From: Gemmatimonas sp. | GTDB lineage: Bacteria > Gemmatimonadota > Gemmatimonadetes > Gemmatimonadales > Gemmatimonadaceae | Length of the DNA: 64,000 bases | Direction: 5' to 3' | Assembly (NCBI GenBank): GCA_031414535.1 | Contig: JANNVQ010000001.1 | Span: forward strand, 1-64,000 | Part shown: one piece after another, positions 33,838 through 45,712 of the stretch | Numbering within the stretch: position 1 is the first letter of the stretch | Layout: each line of letters starts with the position of its first letter | Notes under the pieces: generated by a model | The model's input: the letters and a program-made list of their open reading frames with translations, nothing else | Told to the model about the DNA's origin: nothing | The model's database searches: none | Made by a program: the position numbers and the translations under genes

Positions 33838-36800
33838 TCAGCGTCCAGGTACCGGTACCGGCACCGGCGCAAGACCAAGGCGCCTGCGCAGAGTGTTCAG
33901 CGCCGGCAACTCCCGCGAGAGAATCCGTTCCCAAGCGGATTGCGCATCCGTGAGCCGCTTTGAGCTGGCCGCGAGAGCCGCAATCATACCAGCGTTCGGT
34001 GCGTGGTCCGCGTGGTCCTGCGCGTTCAATTGACTCGCGAAGGCGTCGTTCGCATCGCGAAACTTGCCGGCGAAAAGCCCACGCGAATCGGCACCGACAG
34101 CCGAGTCCATGGCGGTGCGAAGTGTGTTGATTGCCGTTGCGACTTCAGGCGCTGCCCCAGCTGACGCGGCGCTCAGGTCGGCGCGTAGCGCGTTGACCTG
34201 CGTCTGCCCTTCGTGTGAACTGCGCAAGCCAGCGACGAGCTGCATCTGCAGCGCATGCTGTGCGGACAACTCCGAAGAGGCTGCCTTAGAGCGCGGGTCG
34301 TTGCGAACAGTGACTTGGCTTGAGCGCGTGCTGCCGTTTGCCGTGATGCGGAGCGTGTAAGTACCGGGCAACGCGAGCGGTCCCTCTGGCGTCGCGGGCG
34401 TCCTGCCGGCATTCGCACTGATGGGGTAGCTGTGCGCGAATGCCAATGGAGCGTCGTGCCGGAGATTCCAATTCACGCGATGATGGCCTGCACTCGCCGG
34501 CAAGGACTTGGGCACTTCGATCCAGAAGTCCGGGAAAGACGGCCGCGTCGCTTCGCTCACGAGCGCCTGCGCATCGCTCGAGAACCGCCGCACGACAGTG
34601 CCGCTCGCGTCGAGCACGTCGAGCGTGACGCGGGCAGCGGCGGCGCCAAGCCAATAATCGATGATGACGCCATCGAGCGCGTTCTCGGCGTGCGGAATAT
34701 CAGGCGGGAGCGGAGTGCCGTCGTTGGTGTTGCGCCGTACGCGAGTAGAAAGCCCCGGCGTGAAGATGTGCACCGGCGCCGCGGCGATGGCTGCGGTCAT
34801 CTGTCGCAGCGCGGAGATGTCATCAAGCACCCAGAGGCCGCGTCCGTGCGTGGCGATGACGAGATCGTTGTCCTTCACCAACAAATCGCGGACCGGCGTG
34901 TTCGGCAGGTCAAGCGCCAGCGACTGCCACGAGTCGCCATCGTTGAACGAGACGTAGATGCTGCTCTCGGTTCCGGCGAAGAGCAGACCGGCTGTGACAG
35001 GGTCCGGACGCACGACTCGCGCAAAGCTGCCACTCGCTTCGTCCGTCGGCATGCCCACCACAATCTTCGTCCACGTGCGCCCGTAGTCCCTTGTTCTATA
35101 GATATAGGGCGTGTGGTCGCCAACGCGCAGCAATTCCACGGCGGCGTAGGCCGTGCCCGCCGTGTGCGGCGATGGCTCAATGGACGAGATGTTGGCACGA
35201 GTGCGCGACGCGAGCCCGGGAATGCTCACATCGCGCCAGTTCGCGCCGTGGTCGCGCGTGACGTGAATCAAACCGTTGTCCGTGCCGACCCAGATTTCGC
35301 CGGGCGACTTGGAGGACGCCGCCATTGATTCGATGCTGCCTCGTCCACCCGGCGTGCGTGCGGCGGTTGCGGAGTCCATATCGGCGGCGACGCCGAGTTC
35401 GGGACTCAGGCGAGTCCAGTGCGCGCCTTGATCGTTGGTGGAGACGACGTAGTTGAGTCCGGCAAACAGCAAGCGCTGATTCCACGGTGCCCAGACCACT
35501 GGCAATGAACTCGTCCATCGCGCGCTGGCCGCAGGATCAATCGCTGGGCTCACATCAATGAACTGATCCGCGGGATAGGTGATTTTCACGACACCCGTAC
35601 CAGTCGAATACACCGTGTTGGGATCGAGCGGGTCCACGACGATGCTGCCCCATTCCCATCCGTTCACGGGATTCCAATCGAACATCGTGATGGCGCCGTA
35701 GTTGCCGCGGCTGCGCGTACGAATTGCGCCCGCGTCCTGCTGCGTGGCGTACACCCAGTACGGGAATGAGTTGTCGGCCGCGAGATGGTAGAGTTGCTCT
35801 GTGGACTGGTTGTACCATGATGTCCACGTCGCGCCAGCGTCGAGTGAGATAGTCGCGCCTTGGTCGAGCCCCATCAGGATTCGGCGACCATCGGTGGGAT
35901 CGATCCACAATTGTTGCGGGTCATCCCCGCCGGGCGCGCCCTTGATGCCGGTAAACGTGCGGCCGCCGTCCGTGGATTTGTACGCGGCCGTGTTGATGGT
36001 GTAGACGAGATCGGGGTTCTTGGGATCAACGTACACGCCACAGCTGTACCCGCCCTGTCCATTGCGGATGCGCTCGTCATCGGCGGCCATCTGCCGCCAC
36101 GTTGCACCGCCGTCATCGGAACGGTAGAGCGCGGTGTTCGTAATGAGATAGACACGCTGCGCGTTGGTGCCCATCGCGACGGCAGCGCAGGTGCGGCCTT
36201 CGAGCGCCGGCATTCCACTTCCGTCGAGTCGGGTCCAGGTTACGCCAGCATCGCGAGACTTCCAGATAGCCGAACGCGTGGCGCTGGTGTCTCCAGCCAT
36301 CCGCGCGGTTCCGAATTGCCACGAGCGATACTTGCCGACGGAGTATCCTGGTGGCGTGTGATGCCGTACGGTGGTGGCGAAGATGACGTCGGGCGCATCG
36401 AAGGCGCGAGCTAATCTCGCGATGCCGGTTTGATCGTCCACGTAGAGCGTCCGGCTCCACGTGCGACCGCCATCCGTACTGCGAAACACACCGCGTTGAT
36501 TGTTGGCGTTGATGTGATCTCCGAGCGCGCCAACGAGCACGACGTCCGCTGAGCGCGGATCTACTAGAAGCGACTGGATGTGCCGAGTGCCTTGGAGACC
36601 GATGGACCGCCACGTCACTCCCGCGTCCGTGCTCTTGTACATCCCGTTGCCTTGATCGAGCGTACCGCCCGTGATCATGTCACCCGTGCCGACGTACACG
36701 ATGTTCGGATCCGACGGTGCCACCTCGACAGCGCCAATGGACGAAGCTTCGCGCACCGCGTCGAACACGGGGGACCAGACCTGTCCCCCGCTGGTGGTCT

Positions 36801-37047
36801 TCCACAAGCCGCCACCGGGAAAGCCCGCATAGTACGTGCCCGGAGAGCCAACGACCCCAGTGACCGCGCTCACCCGCCCTGCGCGGAATGGACCAAGGTT
36901 ACGCCACGAGAGATTGGCGAAGAGTCGCGGGTCGATCGTCGGGGACTGCGCGACCGTCTCGAGCAGCGGCAACGCGAGCAGCAAGAATTGCGCGGCAACG
37001 AGCGCAACATGGCGCAGGGCGGGACGGGGACGCGACACACTGGACAT
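33838..37047 (-). CDS. Secreted BNR/VPS10-like beta-propeller protein
   Basis: WRNLGPFRAGR, Asp-boxes, GGDDPQQLWIDP, ATHGRG. Confidence 0.9.
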   Translation of the reverse strand: MSSVSRPRPALRHVALVAAQFLLLALPLLETVAQSPTIDPRLFANLSWRNLGPFRAGRVSAVTGVVGSPGTYYAGFPGGGLWKTTSGGQVWSPVFDAVREASSIGAVEVAPSDPNIVYVGTGDMITGGTLDQGNGMYKSTDAGVTWRSIGLQGTRHIQSLLVDPRSADVVLVGALGDHINANNQRGVFRSTDGGRTWSRTLYVDDQTGIARLARAFDAPDVIFATTVRHHTPPGYSVGKYRSWQFGTARMAGDTSATRSAIWKSRDAGVTWTRLDGSGMPALEGRTCAAVAMGTNAQRVYLITNTALYRSDDGGATWRQMAADDERIRNGQGGYSCGVYVDPKNPDLVYTINTAAYKSTDGGRTFTGIKGAPGGDDPQQLWIDPTDGRRILMGLDQGATISLDAGATWTSWYNQSTEQLYHLAADNSFPYWVYATQQDAGAIRTRSRGNYGAITMFDWNPVNGWEWGSIVVDPLDPNTVYSTGTGVVKITYPADQFIDVSPAIDPAASARWTSSLPVVWAPWNQRLLFAGLNYVVSTNDQGAHWTRLSPELGVAADMDSATAARTPGGRGSIESMAASSKSPGEIWVGTDNGLIHVTRDHGANWRDVSIPGLASRTRANISSIEPSPHTAGTAYAAVELLRVGDHTPYIYRTRDYGRTWTKIVVGMPTDEASGSFARVVRPDPVTAGLLFAGTESSIYVSFNDGDSWQSLALDLPNTPVRDLLVKDNDLVIATHGRGLWVLDDISALRQMTAAIAAAPVHIFTPGLSTRVRRNTNDGTPLPPDIPHAENALDGVIIDYWLGAAAARVTLDVLDASGTVVRRFSSDAQALVSEATRPSFPDFWIEVPKSLPASAGHHRVNWNLRHDAPLAFAHSYPISANAGRTPATPEGPLALPGTYTLRITANGSTRSSQVTVRNDPRSKAASSELSAQHALQMQLVAGLRSSHEGQTQVNALRADLSAASAGAAPEVATAINTLRTAMDSAVGADSRGLFAGKFRDANDAFASQLNAQDHADHAPNAGMIAALAASSKRLTDAQSAWERILSRELPALNTLRRRLGLAPVPVPVPGR

Positions 37048-37193
37048 CGGAATTTCCTGATGAAGTGACGAACCCGGGCGCGACGGGAGCATGTAGATAG
37101 GGTATTCAGCGGATGGCGAACATAGCACATCTGCGCCAAGCTGGTGTACGAACCTTCGACTTCGCACCCAAGCTCGGCGCACTCCCTACTCAC

Positions 37194-37790
37194 ATGTTAC
37201 GCTCACTCCCGCTGGCCATCGCAATCTTTGCAGCCGCGCTCGTGACGACGCCCACCGTCGCACAGACGCCGCCGGATTTGCCAGAGGGTGCGCGAATCCG
37301 AATCAAGCTCCTCAGCCCAATCCTGGCAGCGCGGAAGCCGGAGACGACGAACGGCATAGCCACCATTCACCGCACGGACACCGACTCGATTGCGTTTCAG
37401 CTCACCGGCTCAGACGTGGTACGCGTCGTGCCCTGGGGGCAGGTGCAGGAGTTGTATCTGAGTGAAGGGAGACGCCCCTTCAGGGTGGCCGAGCGCCTTG
37501 GCTTCGCTGCCGCTTTCACCTTCGTCGGCGCGCTTGCGGGCTATGACTGGTGGCACACGTGCAACGACCCAGAGTCGGATGTGATTTGGAGCTGCATCGT
37601 CGCCCCGCGTCGCCTCGGGACCTCAGTCCGCTTCGGCACCTGGACGGGGCTCACCATAGGCGCCCTCACTGCGCTGGGGATTCGCGATGCCGAGCAGTGG
37701 CACCCTGTCCTTCACACTCATCGCCCAACGTTGCTCATTGGTCTCCAAGCTCGCAGCGGCCTAAGGATCGGGGTCAACTTCCGGTTCTGA
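37194..37790 (+). CDS. Hypothetical secreted or membrane protein
   Basis: Signal peptide, two TM-like segments, C-terminal Phe. Confidence 0.65.
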   Translation: MLRSLPLAIAIFAAALVTTPTVAQTPPDLPEGARIRIKLLSPILAARKPETTNGIATIHRTDTDSIAFQLTGSDVVRVVPWGQVQELYLSEGRRPFRVAERLGFAAAFTFVGALAGYDWWHTCNDPESDVIWSCIVAPRRLGTSVRFGTWTGLTIGALTALGIRDAEQWHPVLHTHRPTLLIGLQARSGLRIGVNFRF

Positions 37791-37826
37791 CCCCGCACTA
37801 GGCCGCTGGAGCTGGCGTCGAACTAA

Positions 37827-40800
37827 TCAATCCATCCGCGGCACAGGCCCAATCGCGCGGTCGAGCGCCGCCTTGGCGTCATCAAGCTCCTTCCGCAGCA
37901 CATCCGCCCGCTCCAACGCATCGCGACCAACCTTCTGGTCTACTCGCGTCGTCATGCTCGACAAATACTGAATGTGCGCCTGCAAGCCAGGCTTGCCATA
38001 GCGCACCGGCTGCGTAAGCAGCTGGCCGCGCAGCACCGTCCGCACCTTCGCCAGCGAGTCGGCTGCCGAAGCTCCAGCCGCAGCCAACCGAGTCTCCGCC
38101 TCACGCGCGCGAGCAATCACCGCATTGACCTCGGCCACCATATCACGCATGCGCACATTGTGCGTGAACTGTTCCTGCAGGTCAGCCGCGGTGTAACCCT
38201 CGGCGGCGAGACGCGGGTCAATGTCCACGCGGAGCGGCACCGTCTTGGTTTGCCCGCCTACGGACACCGTCACCATGTAGTCGCCCGGTGGCGCACCGAA
38301 TCCGTTCTGATGCTGCACGCCCCAAGTGAATCGGTTGAAGCCGGCGTTCGCAGTGACCAAGTTGAGCACCGGAGCATCGAGCGCCGGGCCGGCACGTCCC
38401 ACCATCATCGCCTGCTCTGCCTCCTCTTCGGCGTCGGCTGGCCGCCGACCGCGCGATGGTGCCGGTGGTAGCACGCCACTCTTGTAGCGGTTCACTACCT
38501 GCCCGCGCGCATCACGAATCTCAATCCGTACGGTATCGCCAGGCGCGGCTGCAAGATGATAGTCCACCTGAGGACCAAAGAACTGCGCCGTTACGCCCGT
38601 GGTGCGCACGCCCGCGCGCGGCGTGTACACGTGCAGCGCCTCGCTGTGCGTCGTGGCGGCGAGCGTGTGCAGCGCGGACAGGTTGTGTAGGATCCAGTTA
38701 CCACGCCCCTGCGTGGCGACAATGAGATCCTTGTTATGCACTAGAATCTGATTGATTGGGATCTGCGGCATGTTCAGGTTGAACGGCTGCCAGCTCGTGC
38801 CATTGTTGAACGAGATGAAGAGGCCGAACTCCGTGCCAGCGTAGAGCAAGCCTTCACGATTGGGATCCTCACGCACCACACGAGTGGGCGTATCGCCCGA
38901 GATACCGTTGCTCCCGTTGGTGAGCTTCGTCCACGTGGCCCCGTAGTCATCGGTGCGATAGATATAGGGCGCGTAATCTCCCAAGAGATAGCGATAGGTC
39001 GCGAAGTACGCCGAGCCACGACGATGCGGCGAGGCCTCAATCCACGCGACGCGGCCACCCTTCTCAAGATCCTTGGGCGTGATGTCAGTCCAGGTCTTGC
39101 CACCGTCGCGCGTGATGTGGAAGGGGCCGTCGTTGGCGCCGGTCCAGATCACGCCCGCCTCGTGCGGCGATTCAGTGATGGCGTAGAGCGTGCTGTAGAA
39201 CTCTTCTCCCGTCACGTCACGCGTGATGGGTTCACCGCTTGCGCCCTGACGATGATCCTGCGGGTACCACGTGAGATCAGGAGAGATGCGCTCCCAGGTC
39301 ACGCCCTTGTCGCGCGTACGATGCACGTACTGCGTGCCATAGTAGAGCACCGACGGATCGTGCGGCGACAGCGCCATCGGCGATGTGCGCTGAATGCGAT
39401 AGATCAGATCTTGACCGGCGTTGCCGTAGAGCGACTGGCCGCCAATCCAATAGTTGCGCGTCTGACGCGTCTCGGTGTTCATCACCGCGAACTGACCCTT
39501 GCAAGAGCCATAAATCACGTTTGGCTCTGAAGGATGCGGAATGATTGGGCCCGTCTCGCATCCGGGGCCGGTCTGCAAGGCCGCAGGATCATAGGGATTG
39601 GCGACACTTGACCACATCCAAGTGCTGTTGTCCTGTTGCGCCGAGTAGAGGTTGTACGGGAAGCGATTGTCCGGCACCACGCCGTAAAACTCGGCGGTGG
39701 GCTGATTGCGTTGCGTAGACCAGGTGCGGCCACCATCAAACGACACGTTGGCACCGCCATCGTTGGACTGCACCATCGTTTGCCCGTTGGTCGGGTTAAT
39801 CCAGATGTCGTGATTGTCGCCATGCGGCGTTGGGAATGCCGTCATCGTGCGTCCACCATCGGTGGACTTATAGAATCCTTCGGCGCCGGCGTACACGACG
39901 TCAGCGTTGGTGGGATCGGCACCGAGCGAGGTGTAATAGAACGGCCGCGTGATGAGCCCCGGCGTGGTGTTCACGACTTGCCACGTGGCTCCAGCATCGT
40001 CGGAGCGATACAAACCACCGCCCGGCTCGGCTTCCACGAGTAGATAGAGGCGCTCGGGATTTGCTGCCGTGACTGCAATGTTGCCCTTACCGATGAGTCC
40101 GGCGGGGAGACCGCGTCCGGTCTTACGGAAGGTCATGCCACCATCAGTGCTCTTATAGAAACCGCCCTCACGCGATCCCGAGATAATCGTCCACGGCTTG
40201 CGCTCGAGACGAGCCATCCACGCATACACGGTGTTTGGGTCACCCGGCTTGAGCTCAACGTCAGACGCGCCAGTGCTGTCATTCAGGTAGAGCGTCTTAC
40301 GCCAGGTGCGGCCGGCGTCGGTGGTCTTGAAGATGCCGCGCTCGGTGTTGCGCTTGAACACATCGCCGGTGGCAGAGACCCAGGCGGTGTTGGGATCCGT
40401 AGGATGCACGCGCAGGGAGCCAATCTGCCCAGCATTGTAGAGGCCAGCGAAGCTCCAGCTTTCTCCAGCGTTCGTGCTGCGATACACTCCGCGGCCCGTG
40501 GACACATTACTGCGTGCGCCATCGGAGCCGGTGCCGAGCCAAATCACATTGGGATCACTCTCGGCGACGGTGATGGCACCCATGGAGCCGAGCGGAATCT
40601 TCCCGTCCGTGATGGGTTGCCAATTTTCGCCGCCGTCAGTGGTGCGAAAGAGTCCGCCGCTGGCCACGCCCATATAGAATGTGCGCGGCTGCGAGGGTAC
40701 ACCGGTTACGGTCGTGACGCGACCGCCCACCGAATGGCCAGCGTGGCGGAACTGCATGCCAGCGAACGAAGCGGGATTGATCATTGGGGCCGGAGCAGCA

Positions 40801-40895
40801 CTCGCGGGCGTTGCCCGGGACGCACGCTGCGCCGAGAGCGACGCAGCGGTGCACAGCGCCAAGGTGAGGGACGCGGTGAGGGTTCTGCCGATCAT
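37827..40895 (-). CDS. Secreted BNR/VPS10-like beta-propeller protein
   Basis: GGRVT, Asp-boxes, HGDNHDIWINP, QQDN, ATQGRG. Confidence 0.9.
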   Translation of the reverse strand: MIGRTLTASLTLALCTAASLSAQRASRATPASAAPAPMINPASFAGMQFRHAGHSVGGRVTTVTGVPSQPRTFYMGVASGGLFRTTDGGENWQPITDGKIPLGSMGAITVAESDPNVIWLGTGSDGARSNVSTGRGVYRSTNAGESWSFAGLYNAGQIGSLRVHPTDPNTAWVSATGDVFKRNTERGIFKTTDAGRTWRKTLYLNDSTGASDVELKPGDPNTVYAWMARLERKPWTIISGSREGGFYKSTDGGMTFRKTGRGLPAGLIGKGNIAVTAANPERLYLLVEAEPGGGLYRSDDAGATWQVVNTTPGLITRPFYYTSLGADPTNADVVYAGAEGFYKSTDGGRTMTAFPTPHGDNHDIWINPTNGQTMVQSNDGGANVSFDGGRTWSTQRNQPTAEFYGVVPDNRFPYNLYSAQQDNSTWMWSSVANPYDPAALQTGPGCETGPIIPHPSEPNVIYGSCKGQFAVMNTETRQTRNYWIGGQSLYGNAGQDLIYRIQRTSPMALSPHDPSVLYYGTQYVHRTRDKGVTWERISPDLTWYPQDHRQGASGEPITRDVTGEEFYSTLYAITESPHEAGVIWTGANDGPFHITRDGGKTWTDITPKDLEKGGRVAWIEASPHRRGSAYFATYRYLLGDYAPYIYRTDDYGATWTKLTNGSNGISGDTPTRVVREDPNREGLLYAGTEFGLFISFNNGTSWQPFNLNMPQIPINQILVHNKDLIVATQGRGNWILHNLSALHTLAATTHSEALHVYTPRAGVRTTGVTAQFFGPQVDYHLAAAPGDTVRIEIRDARGQVVNRYKSGVLPPAPSRGRRPADAEEEAEQAMMVGRAGPALDAPVLNLVTANAGFNRFTWGVQHQNGFGAPPGDYMVTVSVGGQTKTVPLRVDIDPRLAAEGYTAADLQEQFTHNVRMRDMVAEVNAVIARAREAETRLAAAGASAADSLAKVRTVLRGQLLTQPVRYGKPGLQAHIQYLSSMTTRVDQKVGRDALERADVLRKELDDAKAALDRAIGPVPRMD

Positions 40896-40980
40896 CACAA
40901 GGTCTCGCTTTGGGAAGGGTGCAAACAACGCTATGAGAAATTACGCAGATAAACGCAGAGTGTTGGTACGGAACACCGAC

Positions 40981-42633
40981 CTAACGCCGTCCGGAGCGCG
41001 CTCCCTGACCCGCCAATGGCGGCACCACCGCGCTCGGCCGGCGATGCTTGGTGGCCTGCTCGTAGGAGTAGCCAAATCCGAGCAGCTTCGCCTCTGTGAA
41101 CGGCCGTCCGAGAAACTCCAAGCCCGCCGGTAGACCATCGGCGGTGAAGCCCATCGGCACAGTGAGCGCCGGCCAGCCAAGCGTCGGGCTTAAGAAACGG
41201 TTGTCACCGAGGCTGTAGCGGTCGTTTGGACGCGGATTGGTGAGCACATCATCGGCGATGAGCGTGGGTGCCGCATCGAAGGTAGCGTAGATCAGCGCGT
41301 CGAGCTGATGGTCGGCCATCAACTTGAGCACCGCCACGCGTAGTTCCTCGCGGCGACGCAACAGGGTGCCGAAGCCGGGCTCGTCGGGTGATCGTCCGAG
41401 GGAGCTAATCAGTGAGCGCGCGCGCCAAGGATTCACTTGGCCAGCGAGAATGATTTCGCGCAGTGTTTTGTATGGTGCGTTGGGATGCTGCGCGAGGTAG
41501 GCGTCCGTTGCCGCCTCGGTCTCGAAGTCGTTCTCGGTAGTCCCGGGCACGCGCGGCACGCGCAGGGAGTCCACAATCTCTGCGCCCAGCGTACGGAGCT
41601 GCGCGATGGAGGCCTCGAAGAGTGGGCTGACCTTGGCAAACTCGACGACAGCCTCGCGCGTGAGACTGTCGCGGCGTGCCAGTGCTGTGTCGGCACGCAA
41701 GGCCGAGTCGCGGGCGGGCGTGAGCGTGAGAACTGTGTCGCGCGGAATGCGGAGTACACCGATGCGCGCCCCGCGCAGTGCGTCGGCAGAGAGTGTACGC
41801 GCATACGACGTCGGTACCTGACCCACGGCGTAGGCAGTGATGGGATCGCTGGCATCGTAGCCCGCAATCACATCCAACACAGCCGCTGCATCCGCCACGG
41901 TCCGCGTCATGGGACCCATCGTGTCCTGTGTCGGCGAGGCTGGCATCATCCCAAAACGGCTCACCAACTGGAGCGTGGGACGCAGCCCAACGAGCGAACT
42001 CACAGCCGCCGGCCCACGGACTGAGCCGCCAGTATCTTCGCCAATGCCGACGAGCCCGAAGTTGGCGGCCACGCCGGACGCCGAGCCGCCGGAGGAGCCG
42101 CTAGGGTTGCGACGCGGGTCGTAGGCGTTGCGGATGATGCCGGAGCCCGATCCCACGTAGCGTTGGGCGAACTCGCCCATTGTGGTCTTTGCGAGGATGA
42201 TGGCACCGGCGCCTTGCAGGCGCGTCACGATTGTGGCATCGCGCTGCGGGACGAAGTCCTTAAACAGCGCCGATCCATAAGTCGTGCGCATGTCTTTGGT
42301 CTCGACCTGATCCTTGAGCAGCACCGGGATGCAGTGCAGCGGCCCACGTGTGGCGCCGCTGTGTTGGACGGCATCGAGCGAGTCGGCGATAGCCAGTGCG
42401 CGCGGGTGCAGCGTCTGAATGGCGTTGAGCGATGGGCCGCGTTTGTCATACGCGGCGATGCGATCGAGATACGACTGCACAAGAGCGCGGCAGCTGAGCC
42501 GGCCGGCCGCCATCTCCGCGTGCACCGCGGCGATGGTAGTCTCGGTGACCTCAAAGCGCTGCTGCGCGGTGGCGGGGATGCTGACGCCGCACAGCAGCAG
42601 CGTCGCGAAACCTAGCCGGGCCAATCGAAACAT
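40981..42633 (-). CDS. Amidase-signature family protein, secreted
   Basis: LKD, GSSGGSA, GEDTGGSVRGP. Confidence 0.92.
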   Translation of the reverse strand: MFRLARLGFATLLLCGVSIPATAQQRFEVTETTIAAVHAEMAAGRLSCRALVQSYLDRIAAYDKRGPSLNAIQTLHPRALAIADSLDAVQHSGATRGPLHCIPVLLKDQVETKDMRTTYGSALFKDFVPQRDATIVTRLQGAGAIILAKTTMGEFAQRYVGSGSGIIRNAYDPRRNPSGSSGGSASGVAANFGLVGIGEDTGGSVRGPAAVSSLVGLRPTLQLVSRFGMMPASPTQDTMGPMTRTVADAAAVLDVIAGYDASDPITAYAVGQVPTSYARTLSADALRGARIGVLRIPRDTVLTLTPARDSALRADTALARRDSLTREAVVEFAKVSPLFEASIAQLRTLGAEIVDSLRVPRVPGTTENDFETEAATDAYLAQHPNAPYKTLREIILAGQVNPWRARSLISSLGRSPDEPGFGTLLRRREELRVAVLKLMADHQLDALIYATFDAAPTLIADDVLTNPRPNDRYSLGDNRFLSPTLGWPALTVPMGFTADGLPAGLEFLGRPFTEAKLLGFGYSYEQATKHRRPSAVVPPLAGQGARSGRR

Positions 42634-42741
42634 CGCGGTCATCCTAGTTGAGTGATGAATGAACTTTCTGTCAGCGCCCACAGTACACGCCAAAGATGCC
42701 TCCGCGTTGTCACCTGACGTCAGGGGGCGTAGTTTAGCGAC

Positions 42742-45708
42742 ATGTCCCTTCTCCGCCTCCGCGCGCCGCGCGCCCTCATCACCGGCCTGCTTCTCTCCGC
42801 CGCCGGTTCGATTCCCGCCCTCGCCCAGACGCCGAGCGCCGCGCTCACTGGTGCCCTGCCCTTCCGCAGCATCGGCCCCGCGTCAATGTCCGGCCGCTTC
42901 GTGGACCTCGCGGTGGTGGAGTCCGCCCCGCACGTTTTCTACGCTGCCAGCTCCACGGGCGGTCTGTGGAAGACGACGAACAATGGTACCACCTTCACGC
43001 CGCTGTTCAGCCACGAGGGCACGCACTCGCTCGGCGCCATTGCCGTGCATCAGCGCGATACCTCGATTGTCTGGGTGGGCACAGGCGAGCGCGCAAATCG
43101 TCAGAGTTCCTCGTGGGGCGATGGCGTGTACCTCTCGCGCGATGGCGGACGCAGCTGGCGCAATATGGGCCTTCGTGAATCGGCGCACATCGGGCGCATT
43201 GTCTTGCATCCGCAGCAGACGGAAGTCGCCTACGTAGCGGCAATGGGTCAGCTCTGGGGTCCGAACGAAGAGCGTGGCCTGTACCGCACGCGCGACGGCG
43301 GTGCGAGCTGGCAGCGTATCCTGAAGGTGGATGCGAACACCGGCGTCGTGGACGTCGCGATGGACCCCAGCGACCCAAACATTCTGTATGCGGCCTCCTA
43401 TCAGCGCCGTCGCACGAGCTTCGGCTTTGACGGCGGTGGCCCCGGCAGCGCGCTGTGGAAGTCCACCGACGGTGGCGAGACCTGGCGCAAGCTGACGAAC
43501 GGCCTCCCCAGTGGCGACTACGGCCGCATTGGCATCGCCATTTTCCGCGCCGATCCGCGGATCGTGTACGTGAGCATCGAGCAAGGACTGCGTTACACCG
43601 CTGCGACGAACTACGAGGAGCCGCAGGCTGGCCTCTACCGCTCCGAGAACCGGGGTGAAAGCTTCACGCAGCAAAGCACGTGGAACCCGCGGCCGATGTA
43701 TGCCAGCCAGGTGATCGTGGATCCAGTGGATTCCTGCCGCATCTATATGATGAACTTCTTCTCCACATCTACCGACTGTGGAAAGACCTCACGCAGCGTG
43801 CGCCAGTCGCTGCACGGTGACGATCGCTTTATGTGGATCAATCCGGCAAACCCGCTGCACATCATTAAAGCCGACGACGGTGGCATCGGCATCAGCTATG
43901 ACCGCGCGCAGACCTGGCTGTTCATCGCCGATCTCGCGGTGAGCCAGTTCTACCGCGTCAGCTTCGACATGCAGAAGCCGTACAACGTGTACGGTGGCTT
44001 GCAGGACAATGGCTCGTGGGCGGGCCCGTCGGCCACCTACCGCAGCGAAGGCATCACCAACGCCGATTGGATCAAGTGGGGCGGCGGCGACGGCTTCTTC
44101 AACGTGGTGGACACCACCGACAATCGCACGCTCTTCACGGGTTCGCAGTACCTCGGCATCTCACGCGTGAATCTCGTGACGGGCGAAGAACGCGACCTGC
44201 GTCCGGGCGATCCCACCGGCGCCATCGAGCCGCGCCGCAACTGGACGACTTGGGGTGACCGCAGCGCTTCGCCACAGCGGCTCGGCAATGCCATGGCGCC
44301 CGCCAACTGGGATTCGCCAATCGTCATCTCGCCGCACGACGCGCGCACGCTCTACGTCGGCACGAATATCCTCTGGAAGAGCAATGACCGCGGCAACACG
44401 TGGACGGCACTCGGCGACCGCACCAAGGGTATCGATCGCCGCACATTGCCGATTATGGGCCAGATGCCAACTGCCGCATCCCGCTCCCTCGATGACGGCG
44501 TGCCCTACTGGCCCACGGTGAGCGCGATTGCGGAGTCGCCTCGGCAGCGCGGCGTGCTCTGGGTGGGCACTGATGACGGCAACGTGCAGCGCAGCGCTGA
44601 TGACGGACGCAACTGGACCGAGATGGCAAACCGTATGCCTGGCCTGCCGCGCGGTTCCGTGATCAACGGCATCGAGTTATCGCGTCACTCCGTGGGCCGC
44701 GTGTACGTAGTGGCCAACGACTATCGCAACGGAAACTTCGGCAACTTTGTGTACCGCAGTGACGATGACGGGGCGACGTGGACTCGCATTGATGCCGGTT
44801 TGCCCAGCGGCCGCGTGGCGCGCACGCTGCGCGAGGATCACGTCAACGCCGACCTGCTCTTCCTCGGCACCGAGCTCGGTCTGTTCTGGAGCAACGACCG
44901 CGGCGCGAGTTGGGCGGAGTTGCGCGGCAACATGCCGCTCATGGCGTACAACGATCTCTTCATCCATCCTCGCGAGCACGATCTCGTGCTCGGCACGCAC
45001 TCGCGCGGCATCTGGATCCTCGACCACATCGCAGCGTTGCGCGAGTTGACGCCGAGCGTGGCGCAGCGACCACTGCACGTGTTCAGCACCAGAGCCGCCG
45101 AGCAGATTCGGTATCGCGGTGCACTGGGGCATGTGGGCGATGTGTTCTTCCGCGGCGAGAATCCGGCGGCTGGTGGCCTCATTGACGTGTGGATGCGCGC
45201 GGCCGACTCACTCACCGTGACGTTCCACGATGCCAGTGGTACAGAAGTCGCGCGCGTGCGTCAGGCCGGCGTGGCTGGTGTGAACCGTGTAGTGTGGGAT
45301 CTCCGCTATGCTGGCAACGGCCCGTTCGTTCACCTTGGGGTTTACGAGGTGCGGGCCACGGCGGGTGCAGCGACCGCGACGGGTCGTCTCGAAGTGCGTG
45401 AGGATCCACGCATCAGCGTGGCGGCGGACGTGCGTCGCACTTGGACAGAAGCGATGCGCTCGCTCGCCATTTTGCGCAACGAGACTCGGGCACTGAATCA
45501 ACAGGCGCAGCGAGCCTTGGCGGCACTGCCGGCCAATGCGCCGAGCGCGCGCCGCGCCGCGGCGGCGGAACTCGTGCGGGAGAGCACCGAGCTCGTCTCG
45601 CGAGTACAGCGGCTTTATAGCGATGCCAATGGGGAGGTTGGGCCGTTGACGGCGATTCAGCGGGAGCAGGAGGCGTACTACCGGCGGATGCTGGCGGAAC
45701 TGAGGTAG
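42742..45708 (+). CDS. Secreted BNR/VPS10-like beta-propeller protein
   Basis: FRSIGPA.MSGR, Asp-boxes, GGLQDNG, GTHSRG. Confidence 0.9.
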   Translation: MSLLRLRAPRALITGLLLSAAGSIPALAQTPSAALTGALPFRSIGPASMSGRFVDLAVVESAPHVFYAASSTGGLWKTTNNGTTFTPLFSHEGTHSLGAIAVHQRDTSIVWVGTGERANRQSSSWGDGVYLSRDGGRSWRNMGLRESAHIGRIVLHPQQTEVAYVAAMGQLWGPNEERGLYRTRDGGASWQRILKVDANTGVVDVAMDPSDPNILYAASYQRRRTSFGFDGGGPGSALWKSTDGGETWRKLTNGLPSGDYGRIGIAIFRADPRIVYVSIEQGLRYTAATNYEEPQAGLYRSENRGESFTQQSTWNPRPMYASQVIVDPVDSCRIYMMNFFSTSTDCGKTSRSVRQSLHGDDRFMWINPANPLHIIKADDGGIGISYDRAQTWLFIADLAVSQFYRVSFDMQKPYNVYGGLQDNGSWAGPSATYRSEGITNADWIKWGGGDGFFNVVDTTDNRTLFTGSQYLGISRVNLVTGEERDLRPGDPTGAIEPRRNWTTWGDRSASPQRLGNAMAPANWDSPIVISPHDARTLYVGTNILWKSNDRGNTWTALGDRTKGIDRRTLPIMGQMPTAASRSLDDGVPYWPTVSAIAESPRQRGVLWVGTDDGNVQRSADDGRNWTEMANRMPGLPRGSVINGIELSRHSVGRVYVVANDYRNGNFGNFVYRSDDDGATWTRIDAGLPSGRVARTLREDHVNADLLFLGTELGLFWSNDRGASWAELRGNMPLMAYNDLFIHPREHDLVLGTHSRGIWILDHIAALRELTPSVAQRPLHVFSTRAAEQIRYRGALGHVGDVFFRGENPAAGGLIDVWMRAADSLTVTFHDASGTEVARVRQAGVAGVNRVVWDLRYAGNGPFVHLGVYEVRATAGAATATGRLEVREDPRISVAADVRRTWTEAMRSLAILRNETRALNQQAQRALAALPANAPSARRAAAAELVRESTELVSRVQRLYSDANGEVGPLTAIQREQEAYYRRMLAELR

Positions 45709-45712
45709 GGCG

